A stretch of DNA of 64,000 nucleotides from Folioceros fuciformis. Lineage: Eukaryota. Below the pieces are notes generated by a model. That model was not told where the DNA came from and made no database searches. It saw only the letters and a list, made by a program, of their open reading frames with translations. This document shows positions 53,400 through 64,000 of the stretch, piece by piece (the first letter of the stretch is position 1; each line of letters starts with the position of its first letter). The stretch lies in the NCBI GenBank assembly GCA_049999805.1, contig JBNGIO010006382.1, forward strand, positions 96,234-160,233. Direction: 5' to 3'. The translations under genes and the position numbers were made by a program.

Positions 53400-55692
53400 A
53401 CTGAGCCCCGAAATCACTCACCTCTGAACGGCCCAAGAAAATGGGCGGCTGCATTTGGGTGCCCTGCAATCACTTAGGGTAGGAAGGCAACTGTCTAGCG
53501 GGATATACTGTTTGTTGTCTGGTTTGGTGCTTGGTTGGTTGTGGTACGGGTACTAGAGCGGCCATAGTGCAAGGTTAGGGTGAAGGAACCATAGCCTTCG
53601 CAATGTTTACAATGGCGCTTGATTAAGCCTCACATGTTGTACAGATTGTTGCCTGACAGATTGATGATCCTCAGGTTAGGCAATGCAAAGAAAAACGAAC
53701 CAGGCATTTCTCCTGACAGGTGGTTGTGGCTGAGGTCCAAGACTTGGAGAGCAAGAGGCAAGCTGTCTGGGATGGGGCCCGACAGGTTGCAGTGGGATGC
53801 GTTGAGATGCAGCAGGCTGGGCACACCAATGAAAAGCTCAACCGGCACTGTTCCCCACAAATTGGTGTTGCTCAGATGCTCAGATCCAACGTGCCCAGAG
53901 TGACGGATAATCTTTGGGGAGTGGGGCCAAATAATCTGTTGTTGGACAAATTGAGCAAGGTCAAATTGGACAGGGAATACTCGAAAAGGTTGTCAGGCAT
54001 TATTCCGCTCAAGTTGCAAGATGCAAGATCCAAGATCCTCAAGGACTGCAGCCTGGTTGGCTCGGAACAATTGAGCCTGTCCGGCAATGGTATGCCCATG
54101 AGATCAGTACCCGCTAGCCGAAGTTCTTCCATGTTCCCTCTGAAAGAAGAGTGGCTACAACTTCTCTCCAGCATACTCTGCAAGGGATTGGGGAACTTCT
54201 CTGTAGGTGTCATGTTGCGTCTCAAGTCACCAGCTGACCCAAACACCGGGGAGTCGCTTCCAGGGTTGATGGCGAGTTAGTTGGTGAGGTCCACGGTGAA
54301 TCAGTTATCGTGCACTCGGATACTGACGGGTCCAACTGCTGAACGGATGAGAAAGTCGATCAAGTCACCAGACAACGTGTTGTTCTGAAGCCACGGCAGT
54401 TCTAAGCTAGGATTGAGGCTGACAGAGGAAGGAAGAGAACCATTCAGCCTATTGTGACTCCGATCCAGGACAGTATAGACGATGGTGCCTGTGCTGTCCA
54501 AGGGAGCCTCGGGTATGATTCAAATCCGAACCCAGTCGAAAATGTAGCATAGAGGGAGGAATGCTGCCACTTAATTCATTTCCAGAGAGATCCACCCTTC
54601 CATTGTCAAAAATCTGCGAGTCCGTGGGGATGGGGCCAGACAAGAGGTTGAAAGACAGATCCAGATACGTCAGGTTTGGCAACCCGTATGGGATTTGGCC
54701 CTGCAGAGAGTTCCCTGACAGGTCCAACACCCGAAGATGGGACACTCGAGGACTGCCATATCCGGTAACTGTCCCATGATTGGTTTCTGGAAAGGTTCAA
54801 TCGCTGTAGAGCAGACTGCCTCTGGAAGCAGCCATCGGAGAAGTTTGTGAAACCATTTAGAGCGGCATCCAGGAATCGCAGAGCCGGCCGGGGCAGCAGG
54901 CACCTCCCCTCTAAACCTGTTGTTGGTGAGTGAGAGATGTGTAAGGCGAGTAAGCCTTTCCAAATTGGAGATTCCTCCCGAAATGAAGTTATCAGACACA
55001 TCCATGCTCACGAGTTTGTTGAGGTTGCTGAAGAACTCCGCAAGGATGACTCCTCCTAGTGAATTGTTAACGACAGACAAAACCATGAGCTCCCCCACTT
55101 GGGAAAACGGAGGCAAGATGTCGCCCATGGAAATTCCGCAAGCCCTGTCCGCATAAAGGTACAGAAGCTTGACAATTCTAAGGTTTGCTTCGCCCAAGCA
55201 CCAACAATCGGAAACATCCAGCCACGTCAACGCAGGGAACGAGTTGAGACTGTCCACGGACGCATCGAGTTACATATGGGGGTTAGCGGACAGGTCCAAC
55301 TCTCGGAGGCTTGTCAGAAGCTTCAAAATGTCAAATTGAGTTTGAAAAGAAAGAGAGCAATCGGAGAAGTCGAGCCTGTGCACAGAGGCATGGGTATCGC
55401 AAAACAACCGAATCCAACCACACGGCGTATCGTCGCTAGCGTTCCAGCTTGCAATGTCGTCCAGGCACTTCCCCAGGTTACCCACGTTGGAGAATGTGAA
55501 GTTCATCAGGACCTGTCCATCGTAGGAGAGCTGGGCACCGACATTGCTTCCTAATCGGCATAGGAGCAAACTGCAAATCACGAGTGTGATGCATATCCAC
55601 AATCCAAGGCCTGCTCGCGCACCAATTCCTCCACAACTGCGATCCACAAGTCGTCCTACCCTAACCTGCTTTGATATTGCAAACGTCTCCAT
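53400..55692 (-). pseudogene. LRR receptor (RLP/RLK-like) pseudogene convergent with the intact RLP
   Basis: Signal peptide and LRRNT (SWNASDDTPCGW), in-frame stop at 55270-55272, then LRRs spread over shifting frames (ORFs 54670-55257, 54606-55001, 54449-54745, 54301-54501, 53872-54246, 53630-53860). The 3' limit is approximate. Confidence 0.85.
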
Positions 55693-56693
55693 GCCTACTT
55701 TGAAATGAAGACTTGTGCACTCTTTCCCCTTCAATAATTCGAGCACGGAGGAAGGCCCTTTAATTTCCAACCACGAGATGCTTTAAGGTGAAGTGATGAG
55801 CTGGAACCCGCGAAGGTGAAAGGTGGTTCTTCAGGTCACTAGGATTGTCAAATTGCCGTCCACACCTCCAGTATCCAGTATAACAAAGAGAATTGAGTGG
55901 ACCGGGAACATCCTTCGTCACCCAAGCTGAAACACCCCCAACTACGTCCTGCTAAATGCCATTGAGAACATGGCATGCAGTGGCGGGCTGTCTTCAAAGT
56001 CTGAATTTGTATCCTTATGCACTTCTAGCTTTTGCATTCTTGACACGCTTCATGCCTTTGCAGACTCTGGCAACCAGGCACAGAAGGTGGACCCCCCGAA
56101 TCTCAAGTCTTTGCTGTTGGTTCGTCGACGAGTTAGTACATGGGGAGCTGAAGACAAGACGACGGAGGACTTTGCAGAGTGCGCAAAGCCCCTTCCTCTC
56201 GCGACTGCCATTGGGAAACCACCATTGCACGATCGATGGTGAATCGATCGCGGTTGTGCCGTGGAGTGATTGGCAATCCAGACTGAGGAATCGACCTTCA
56301 AGAGGACTCACAGGGAAGAGCAACTACGATCTGACGTATGCCAGGTGCCCGCTGCCGGAGGCAGGTCATGGAATCTGAGGACTGATCAATCAGACAACGT
56401 ACGAGCAAGATTTCAATCCATAAACAAAGACTGCGTTCAAGAGATAAGAGACGGTGGACGGCGCGGGACAATAGTAGGTGATGATCTAGGATGCATCTAG
56501 AACCAGGGATTCTTGACTAAGAAAGACCATCCTACGGAACCTGTCCTGTGATGGAGGAATCAGAATTCCCCCGCATACGGTAGGTTGTCGTGAGTAACAC
56601 CTTTCCTGTGTAAACTGAGAAACTTTCTGCTCACCTGCCCGCCCGGTAGTCAGATTCTGTAGCTCTTGGAGTAACTTGTCATTTGGTTACTTC

Positions 56694-57850
56694 TCAGAAG
56701 CCATCTTCGCAAGAACAAAAGGCGTTCACAGTTTGGTGAACACGGTGAGCATTTCTCAGTCTGATCTCCCGTTTTTCGATCCGCGACAGGACTTCGGTAC
56801 CAATATGGCAGTCGCTGCACATTCCACGTCTCTTGGTGACAAACAAAGCTGTGCCTCCAGGGGTATTCAGAAGCCCGTATGCCAAAACCAGCTTCTTGGC
56901 ATGTCCACGTAACGCATCTTCCTTCTCGCTATCAGACACTCGTCTGAGCACCAAATGCGTGTGGCACATGGCTTCCATCGTCCTTTAACAGACAATTCAA
57001 GCTGCTTACCTTGACGGAAATGTCATACCTGTCAAGGTTCTCTACCACACGTCGTCTTTCTCAAAGGGCATCGAGTACAACAAGTTCTCTGCCTCATCAC
57101 GACGCACTGCTCGCCCAACAATGCCAACATGCAACCGTAGTGATGAACGCCAGTTGTGATCTCATGCTCCGGCACCATACGTTCAAAATGCTGCAGACCC
57201 TCATCCACCAGTCCACCGTGACTGCATGCAACAAGAAGGGAAAGGAAAGCAGCACCATCAGGCATGACTCCATGCTGCTCCATCGTTGCCTCCTGCCAGT
57301 GCCTCCTACTCCTGCTCCTGCCCTCGATGCCAATGCTGCTGCATCTGTAAGCCTCCTGGTCTACCTAAAGGAGGATAACAAACGTACTAACATGATCAAC
57401 TAATTTACTCGCCTCCTAGGCCTGCTCTCCATCGGCAAAAATAGTGAGGGATTCTTTCCCAAGCCCTCCACATTTGGCGTACGTCTGCCAGACAGCTGCA
57501 AACAACTAGATCTATCTCCAGGCCTTGTGCCTGAATCTGACAAATTATGAATTTCCTTCCCTTCACGTGGAACACCACTGCCGGACAAAACTTTCGAAAG
57601 GCATGCACAAGGGCCATTACTTACTGGGACCCAATACCTCACGCTGCATATTCCCAACAGGGAGAGGCTTCCTGAGAAAGTCCCTGTTGAGCGCACTCTT
57701 CCATTATGGAACTTCATTTATCATGCTGGGAGTAGTCTTTCGGACACATACCGAGCATCATATAAGCTGCGCACTTGGCATACGTGTCCACTAGGCTCGA
57801 CCCGACAACCACATCACCTTCTATCCATCTTTAACAACTCTCAAACGCCA
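56694..57850 (-). pseudogene. PLS-class PPR-DYW pseudogene with a DYW:KP-like (U-to-C editing type) deaminase domain
   Basis: Fragments DVVVGSSLVDTYAKC, QQGLSQEA, GVMPDGAAFLSLLVACSHGGLVDEG..HYGCM. Then DISVKVSSLNCLLKDDGSHVPH / frameshift / HLVLRRVSDSEKEDALRGHAKKLVLAYGLLNTPGGT..MCSDCH..CSCEDGF*. Multiple stops and frameshifts. Confidence 0.85.
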
Positions 57851-59066
57851 TGACGAAAGGCCGTTCTACATGTTGTCATGAGCTAGCTGCAGCCTACTTG
57901 TGAGGCTATACCTCCCATGGGCCCAGCCCTTGGTCAGCAAGCTTGCTTTCTCGCTTTCCTTTCAGACACTCATGCCTCCATCATGCACATCATGCACGGA
58001 GCCCTAGAAGCCCTTGGAGGCAACGTGCTTTCCCCTGTATACTGTGTCGTTTTGGACACAAGCTCTCACTAATCCACCAAATTCAGTTCGCGGCCAGGTG
58101 AAATGTGGGAAAATGAAGAGACGGGAGATGTATCCTACGAAGCCAGGAAGACAAGAAGGTGATGAGGAACCTATACTGGAGCGCACCACATTCTTCCAGC
58201 CAACTTCTGTGCAGTGGATGGCCAATGGTCGGAACAGTGACTGTCATGGCACCAGAACCACCAGCTCCTGCACTGTTGGTTACATATAAGGACAGTAATC
58301 GAGCTAAACATTGGCTATCAGTGCCTTGCTCTTCCTAGTGGTCTCCAAATCCTCCTGATCTTTCAGTATCTCTATCGCCAGCTGCTTTGCTGCACATAGG
58401 GTTCGCTCACCTGGGCACGATGATGGGACGCGAATTGCCATCAGTGCCACTGCACGTTCGGCCAAATGATCTTGCTCAATACGCAGTGGTTATAGTACTG
58501 CTCACCGTCATTGTCCTGTGCTGGAGTTTCTGCACCGGTCTGTGGCGTGCTGAGAGCCCAGGGAATCGAGATGGCCAGCAACGACGGCGACAAGGCAGAT
58601 CACGAAATTCGCATGCCAGGTAGAACTGCAGCCTCATGTGTACCCGAGTGAACGCAATCGTAACCACGACGCAATGCTTCTGGGACCTTAAGCGCACCTG
58701 TTTGGGGCGCAGACGCAAAATGGTCTGGGACCTACCAGTGATCAGAGAGCAAGCGCTCCCAACATTTTTGACTTCACGTTACGTTTGGGCTTATTATAGC
58801 ATCCTCCAATATTGCAGGGGTCTAGGAATCCTGTACTTGGAGAAGTAATCAAAATGTTCTGGAAATCAAAACGATCTATGTTTGCGTCAACCAAAGATCT
58901 TTAAAGTGAGCACAATTGGCCCCAACTGAATCAAATACGCTGTAATGCACCATCTGTTTTACCCCGGCATGTCCTCCCTTCTGAACACACCTTCTGGCAA
59001 GTCCAGCTCCGTTTCTGAGATTCTCGCCATTCCTACTCCTGGGTATTCCAACCCAGCTCGATGCGT

Positions 59067-62013
59067 CTATGTTTTCCGACACAACCATGTCTCCAACTCT
59101 TCTACCTGCTTCGGGACACTCGCTGTCAATACCTGCGCAAATTTGCGAATGGATTTCAGGTTCTTCTTGAACAGTCAAGTGTGTAGAGAACCTCATCACC
59201 ACAAACCTCGTAGCCCGAGTCAGTTATCAACACCTCGTCTTCTATCCTTACGCCAATCCCTCTGAACCTGCAGGCGCACATCGTTTAGGCAAGAGTAGGT
59301 CCCGGAAGAGTACCTCTAATTTGCATGTGGACAAATCTCCTAGACTCGGATGAACTTACTGTTTCCGCACTTTTGCATCACTGGGAGCAAAATACAGTCC
59401 CGGCTCGATGGTGATAATCTGCGACCAGGAAGTGAGAAATTATGAGGAAAACTCTAGTAAGGCTAGAATCCGGTTCTCTCCAGCTGAAAGCAAACGAATC
59501 AGTCAAGACGAGGTGTGAGCCTACCACACCAGGCTTGAGAGGCTCCTCTTTGCGTACGTGATTGCAGTCATGAACATCCATTCCAAGGTAATGGCCTGAC
59601 AACACGGGAGCAGGTCCATGCATTGCTTGAGACGAAACGCCTACATTTGTAAAAACACAGAGTAACGGAACAAACCTATTATGGTAGGATTCCATATTCT
59701 ATGGAGACGTTGCTTCACTTGGCAGGTCTGATCCACAAAACCATACTTCACAATTTTTGCTTCCAGGATGGCCATCTGCAAAACGCAAAGCGAACGTCGA
59801 AAGTGAAGCCAAGAAACATCCATGGATCATTCTGAGGATTGAACGGCTACACACGAATATACAAATACAAGCTGGAAGCAACCTCAGGTCAAGGTAAGCT
59901 GATGCTTGCCGAGTGCTTGTGCAGAGTGCCTAGATTTGTTCCTGGGTGGCATAACTTCATGCATTCTTCCATGGTTTCCAAAACCACTTCATAAACTTCC
60001 CTCTGCACACAATTCGTGAGGCAGAAAACGCTAAGACACATGGAGATGCCGGACTACACCAACAACACATTTTCACCCTTTCGCAGAAGAGCAAACGTAT
60101 GAGCAACATGCTCGGCTTCAGCAGGCTCTAAGACGAGCAAATCAACCTATAAACACTCCATGATACCTGAGCTGGACGGAAGGTCCCACTTGGGTGCCAA
60201 GTTCTTGTCATGTCACTAGCATAGCCAAAGTATTCACAGCCTGCATCCATCAACACGAGATCCCCTTCCTCAATCTGTTCAACCAGAAGGAAAGAACACT
60301 TAGCTGCCAGCAGAGCATCACTTTACAGTTACTGCGACCGACGTCATTTCTGATCACAGTGTTTTGAAAAGAACCAAGCCCACGAGGATTTGTAGAACTT
60401 ACGAGCTTATCATTTCGACTGTAGTGTATAACACTACCATTGGCCCCCGCCCCTACAACAGAAGGAAATCTGTACACAGCGACAAGATGTTGGGGATTCA
60501 GACTGTTACGTCTCCAGGCAGCACTCACATGCTACTCACGTCATGCGCTGGGCTCCTCTCATTCTACACTCGAACTCGACTTTAGCTGCCAACTGGTATT
60601 CGTACTGATGGTTTGCAGAAGCTTCCATAGTTAGCCGAAAGGCCTGTATACATTCAGATTGCCAGAAACCAGTTCAAGATATAAAGAAAGCGTCCAACAT
60701 GAGGTAATTGAGAGTAAAGATACGCAGCACCACGTGTTCTAAGAGACCGCATCTCTGCGATGATATGTGCACCTGACAGGCAATTGATGCTGAATGTTTC
60801 ATCAGATTGATTTCAGAAGGGGACTTAATCCACCGAAGCCGATGACTGAAGGTGCTCAAGTTTTGGACTTTGTTCTCAAGAATAGCCTGACTAAATGCTG
60901 TCAGTCCGCCAAGCTTGGATGATGGTGATTCAAGATCAGTAAAAACGACCTTAGCCCCACCAATCATTTTAGACAGCACCTGCAAATGACTATGCCGGAT
61001 TAAGCTACTGCACTACAACAGTCAGGAGAAATGTAAACCACCATAGTCACGCCGGGAAAGTCTTTTACGAAGAAAACCGCAAGCACGGGTAAAGTCAAGC
61101 ATGGCAGGAAATTTCTAGCAACACGAGTAAACATCATTCACATGAAGCCTGCATGTGGATACCTCAGAGAGCTTTTCCGTCGAGTAAGCCACCTGCGCAC
61201 CGAAAAACTCTTCAGCATCCGCCACTCCTGCAATATGTCCATCCCAGATGGCTCTCTGCAGAACACATCTGCCCGTGAGATTTCTGCTACTAATCTTCAG
61301 CTCGGTTCGGAACCATCAATAGCAGAAGGAGAAACCATGCCAGTCACTCTCTTCCCCTTACATCAGGATCCTGCTCTGGCATGAACATGCATAGCTTGGC
61401 ATCGCCATACACGACAGCGACACCACCAGGCTGTTGACAACCGGTGAAATAGAGGTAGTCTGATTCCTGTCGAAAACTGTACGGGACCACGTTCGTCATT
61501 TGTTTCACCGTGGCCGATCCGATGACTACCAGGCTTCCCTTAGGTAACAGCGCCATCAGTCTCTTTCTCCTCAGAGAAAACTCGTCTAACGAGACGCCAG
61601 GGATGATCTCGCCCTTAGAGAGAAGCTGGCACGTCCCAGAACCCACTGTCAGTGAAATTACAGCATCTGCCTGGAGAGCAGCAACAGAAGAAGCTGTGGG
61701 AGGCCTGCACATTACCTGAGGATGCGTCTCGGGTGAAGGCTGTCCAGGATCCGGCACTCTCTCGGCTGCTCCTGGACATTCCGGAAGCACGGACGATACC
61801 TTTCTGCAAAACTGCCGGATTCCTCCAGCCTTCACACAAGACTAGAAACAAATGAGGCAGCTTCACTTGAGCAACAACAACAGCCGTGATGGAAATTGAG
61901 AAGATGCCCCAAATGGTAGAAGAAACAAACGACGTCTCCCGGTGTGGTCGTAAATTGCTTACAACTTGCGTAGCCGACCCGAGCTGAGCTCGCAGACTCC
62001 TCAACATAGCCAT
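59067..62013 (-). CDS. ICP55: Mitochondrial intermediate cleaving peptidase 55 (Xaa-Pro aminopeptidase 3 family), multi-exon
   Basis: Presequence MAMLRSLRAQL; DPGQPSPETHPQLL, MTNVVPYSFRQESDYLYFTGCQQPGG, LRWIKSPSE, FPSVVGAGANGSVIHYSRND, MDAGCEYFGYASDMTRTW, GHYLGMDVHD, ITIEPGLY, EVLTASVPK. Confidence 0.93.
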
Positions 62014-62562
62014 CTCCTGTCTTCTTCCGCTGCAAAAGCTTCCCGATCACGTTGGTGCCAACGATGGTCTTTGTAAGCCCGAAGCGAGCCAACTGTCGAT
62101 ACTGCGTGCCTCTCTACGATTACCAACTGGATGACTGTAGCCATGCGTTTTCATGCGATTTGGAAATTAGGAGCTAATCCTTCACAAAACAATTTCATTT
62201 TTAATTATATATAAATATATAAATTTTTCTCACTTTTTTGGAAGAAAATATCAAAATACGGATAGGGTTCTTTCATACATATTTAAGGGCGGGGTATACG
62301 GTGCAAAGATAAGGGACATAAGGGACATTGGGTTTGTGCCCGTGTCCGTCATAGGACAAGGTAGGTGTCCCGATCCAGACACTTACTTTCTTCCCTCTCT
62401 CACGACCCTGTGCACTCACAGTTACACTCACTTTTTTCTTTTTTAAGTTAGTTAGGACACCGGTGACGAAAGGGCGTATCCATAACCGATAAGGTCGATT
62501 GCAGCAGGTCACTGGACGGCATGGAGGGGCGGGTTTTGGAGACAGTTTTTGACAACGCTGAC

Positions 62563-62790
62563 AACTGCCCATCCTCTCTAGACCTTGGCGGTGGCATCTT
62601 GCACTCTAGTGACCTCCGACTGCCCATCCTCCCCAGACCTTGGCGGTGGCATCTTGCACTCTCTAGTGACCTCCGACTGCCCATCCTCCCTAGACCTTGG
62701 CGGTGGCATCTTGCACTCTCTAGTGGCCTCCGACTGCCCATTCTCCCCAGACCTTGGCGGTGGCATCTTGCACTCTCCATGGCCTCCGAC
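62563..62790. repeat. Tandem repeat of 55-57 bp (4 copies) in a GC-rich island flanked by AT-rich DNA
   Basis: GACCTTGGCGGTGGCATCTTGCACTCT starts at 62581, 62636, 62693 and 62750. Confidence 0.92.
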
Positions 62791-63708
62791 CCAGAGCTAT
62801 GGCCATGCCCTGCGCAGCGCATCGCTCTTCCCACCAGTGTCACCAGATGTTCCCACAAGGGAAGTGGCTGGGTCTGATGGGCGCACTCCACCGGCGTCGA
62901 GAAGAGGCGCTTCTCACAACGTGGCAGTTAACCTTCCTGGCCATGGAGGAGTTGTGCAGCACCATCCCAGATGCAATGAAGTGGAAGAGCAAGGAAGGGA
63001 CAAGCCACAGCGGTGGCCGAACCGCAGCGGACGCTGCACTCTTCTTTGAGACTTGGTAGCCTGCAAGACCGTGCTGCAATGACAGACGAAGGGGATGCGG
63101 ACACCGGAGCTGATGCCCTCACCAAACTTCAATATACCAAGCTCACAAACTTAAGTTCTGTGATTCTTTAAAGACTTGTGTCCCGAAAGACACAAAGTGG
63201 TTAGAGATATTTACAATAATTTGGTATATGGTGTGTACGTGGATTTAAAATAATTTGGTATACGGTGTGTACGGAGGGTTAGATATGTGGCAAGGATGCC
63301 ACAGAATATTCACATAATAAATATTCAAAAAAAAAGACTCTGTAGTCCCTGTCTACATTGTTACCGGTAACCCTAAACCCTAAAAATAATTATAAAATAA
63401 TTCATTATTTTAATTAATAATTATAAAATAACATTGAGAGAATATAGAAAACAAATATAGGAAATATTGAGCCCCAATACTTATTGAATATCCTAAAGGT
63501 TATACTTGAAATCTTAAAAATATGATTGTATGCATATAAATTCACATGTACAGTCCACCCTCCCTAAATGCTACCTGTTGGGAGTAGGGCATTGGATAAC
63601 ATTTAAGGAGGTGTAATAATTAGAGAATTCAAGTATTTATCAAAAATAAAAAAAATATTTATTTAAAATATATAAAGCATGAAATATATTTATATATACT
63701 GATTTATT

Positions 63709-63808
63709 NNNNNNNNNNNNNNNNNNNNNNNNNNNNNNNNNNNNNNNNNNNNNNNNNNNNNNNNNNNNNNNNNNNNNNNNNNNNNNNNNNNNNNNNNNNN
63801 NNNNNNNN
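63709..63808. other. Assembly gap (about 100 N); 10-N gaps also near 15156, 35310 and 35896
   Basis: Runs of N in the sequence. Confidence 0.99.
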
Positions 63809-64000
63809 CTTTATATTATTATAACTTTATAATAAATAAAATAAGAAATGAACTTTAAATTGGCCTAAAAAAATGGGTTATTTCTACTTGTTTCAAAGAC
63901 GATCTAACTTGTTTTAAAACTTCTTTCTTAATTTGTTGCAAATTCCTAATTTTAGACATCATATCATTTGGTTGTTGCTTGAAAAACATACATATCACCC

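Noticed and set aside
57672-57685. CTGAGAAAGTCCCT, matching the core of the plant THIC TPP riboswitch as I recall it
   Set aside because: The downstream AACCTGA..GG.AAT half is missing, and the segment is the antisense of PPR codons QQGLSQEA; a coincidence.
61150-61165. GTATCC donor in ICP55 as a possible U12 intron
   Set aside because: It continues GTATCCAC rather than GTATCCTT, so it is treated as an ordinary U2 intron.
62263-63384. TAGGGTT...AACCCTA as hAT terminal inverted repeats
   Set aside because: The match is only 7 bp, is telomere-like, and has no 8-bp target-site duplication.

Overview
Gene-dense nuclear DNA from a seed-free land plant with short (about 60-130 nt) introns. A hornwort is my best inference, based on the compact genes plus a DYW:KP-type PPR relic. 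I can support 17 apparently intact multi- or single-exon genes: GBF-type bZIP, PAF1, DUF1992/DNAJC28-like, GT34, an uncharacterised plastid protein, thioredoxin y, TOP1, mitochondrial ATP synthase 24 kDa subunit, an intronless LACS, ACAD8-like dehydrogenase, dirigent protein, RPL3, enoyl-CoA isomerase, GIF, an XS/coiled-coil/PWWP-like protein, an LRR receptor-like protein and ICP55. There are also 3 pseudogenes (GSNOR/ADH3, LRR receptor, PPR-DYW:KP) and AT-rich blocks holding retroelement debris and tandem repeats. The most unusual item is the spliced gene at 45647-49104. It joins an IDN2/FDM/SGS3-type XS RNA-binding domain and a long repetitive coiled coil to a divergent PWWP-like chromatin-reader domain, in place of the usual XH domain. 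All calls come from manual translation and recalled motifs; no database searches were run.
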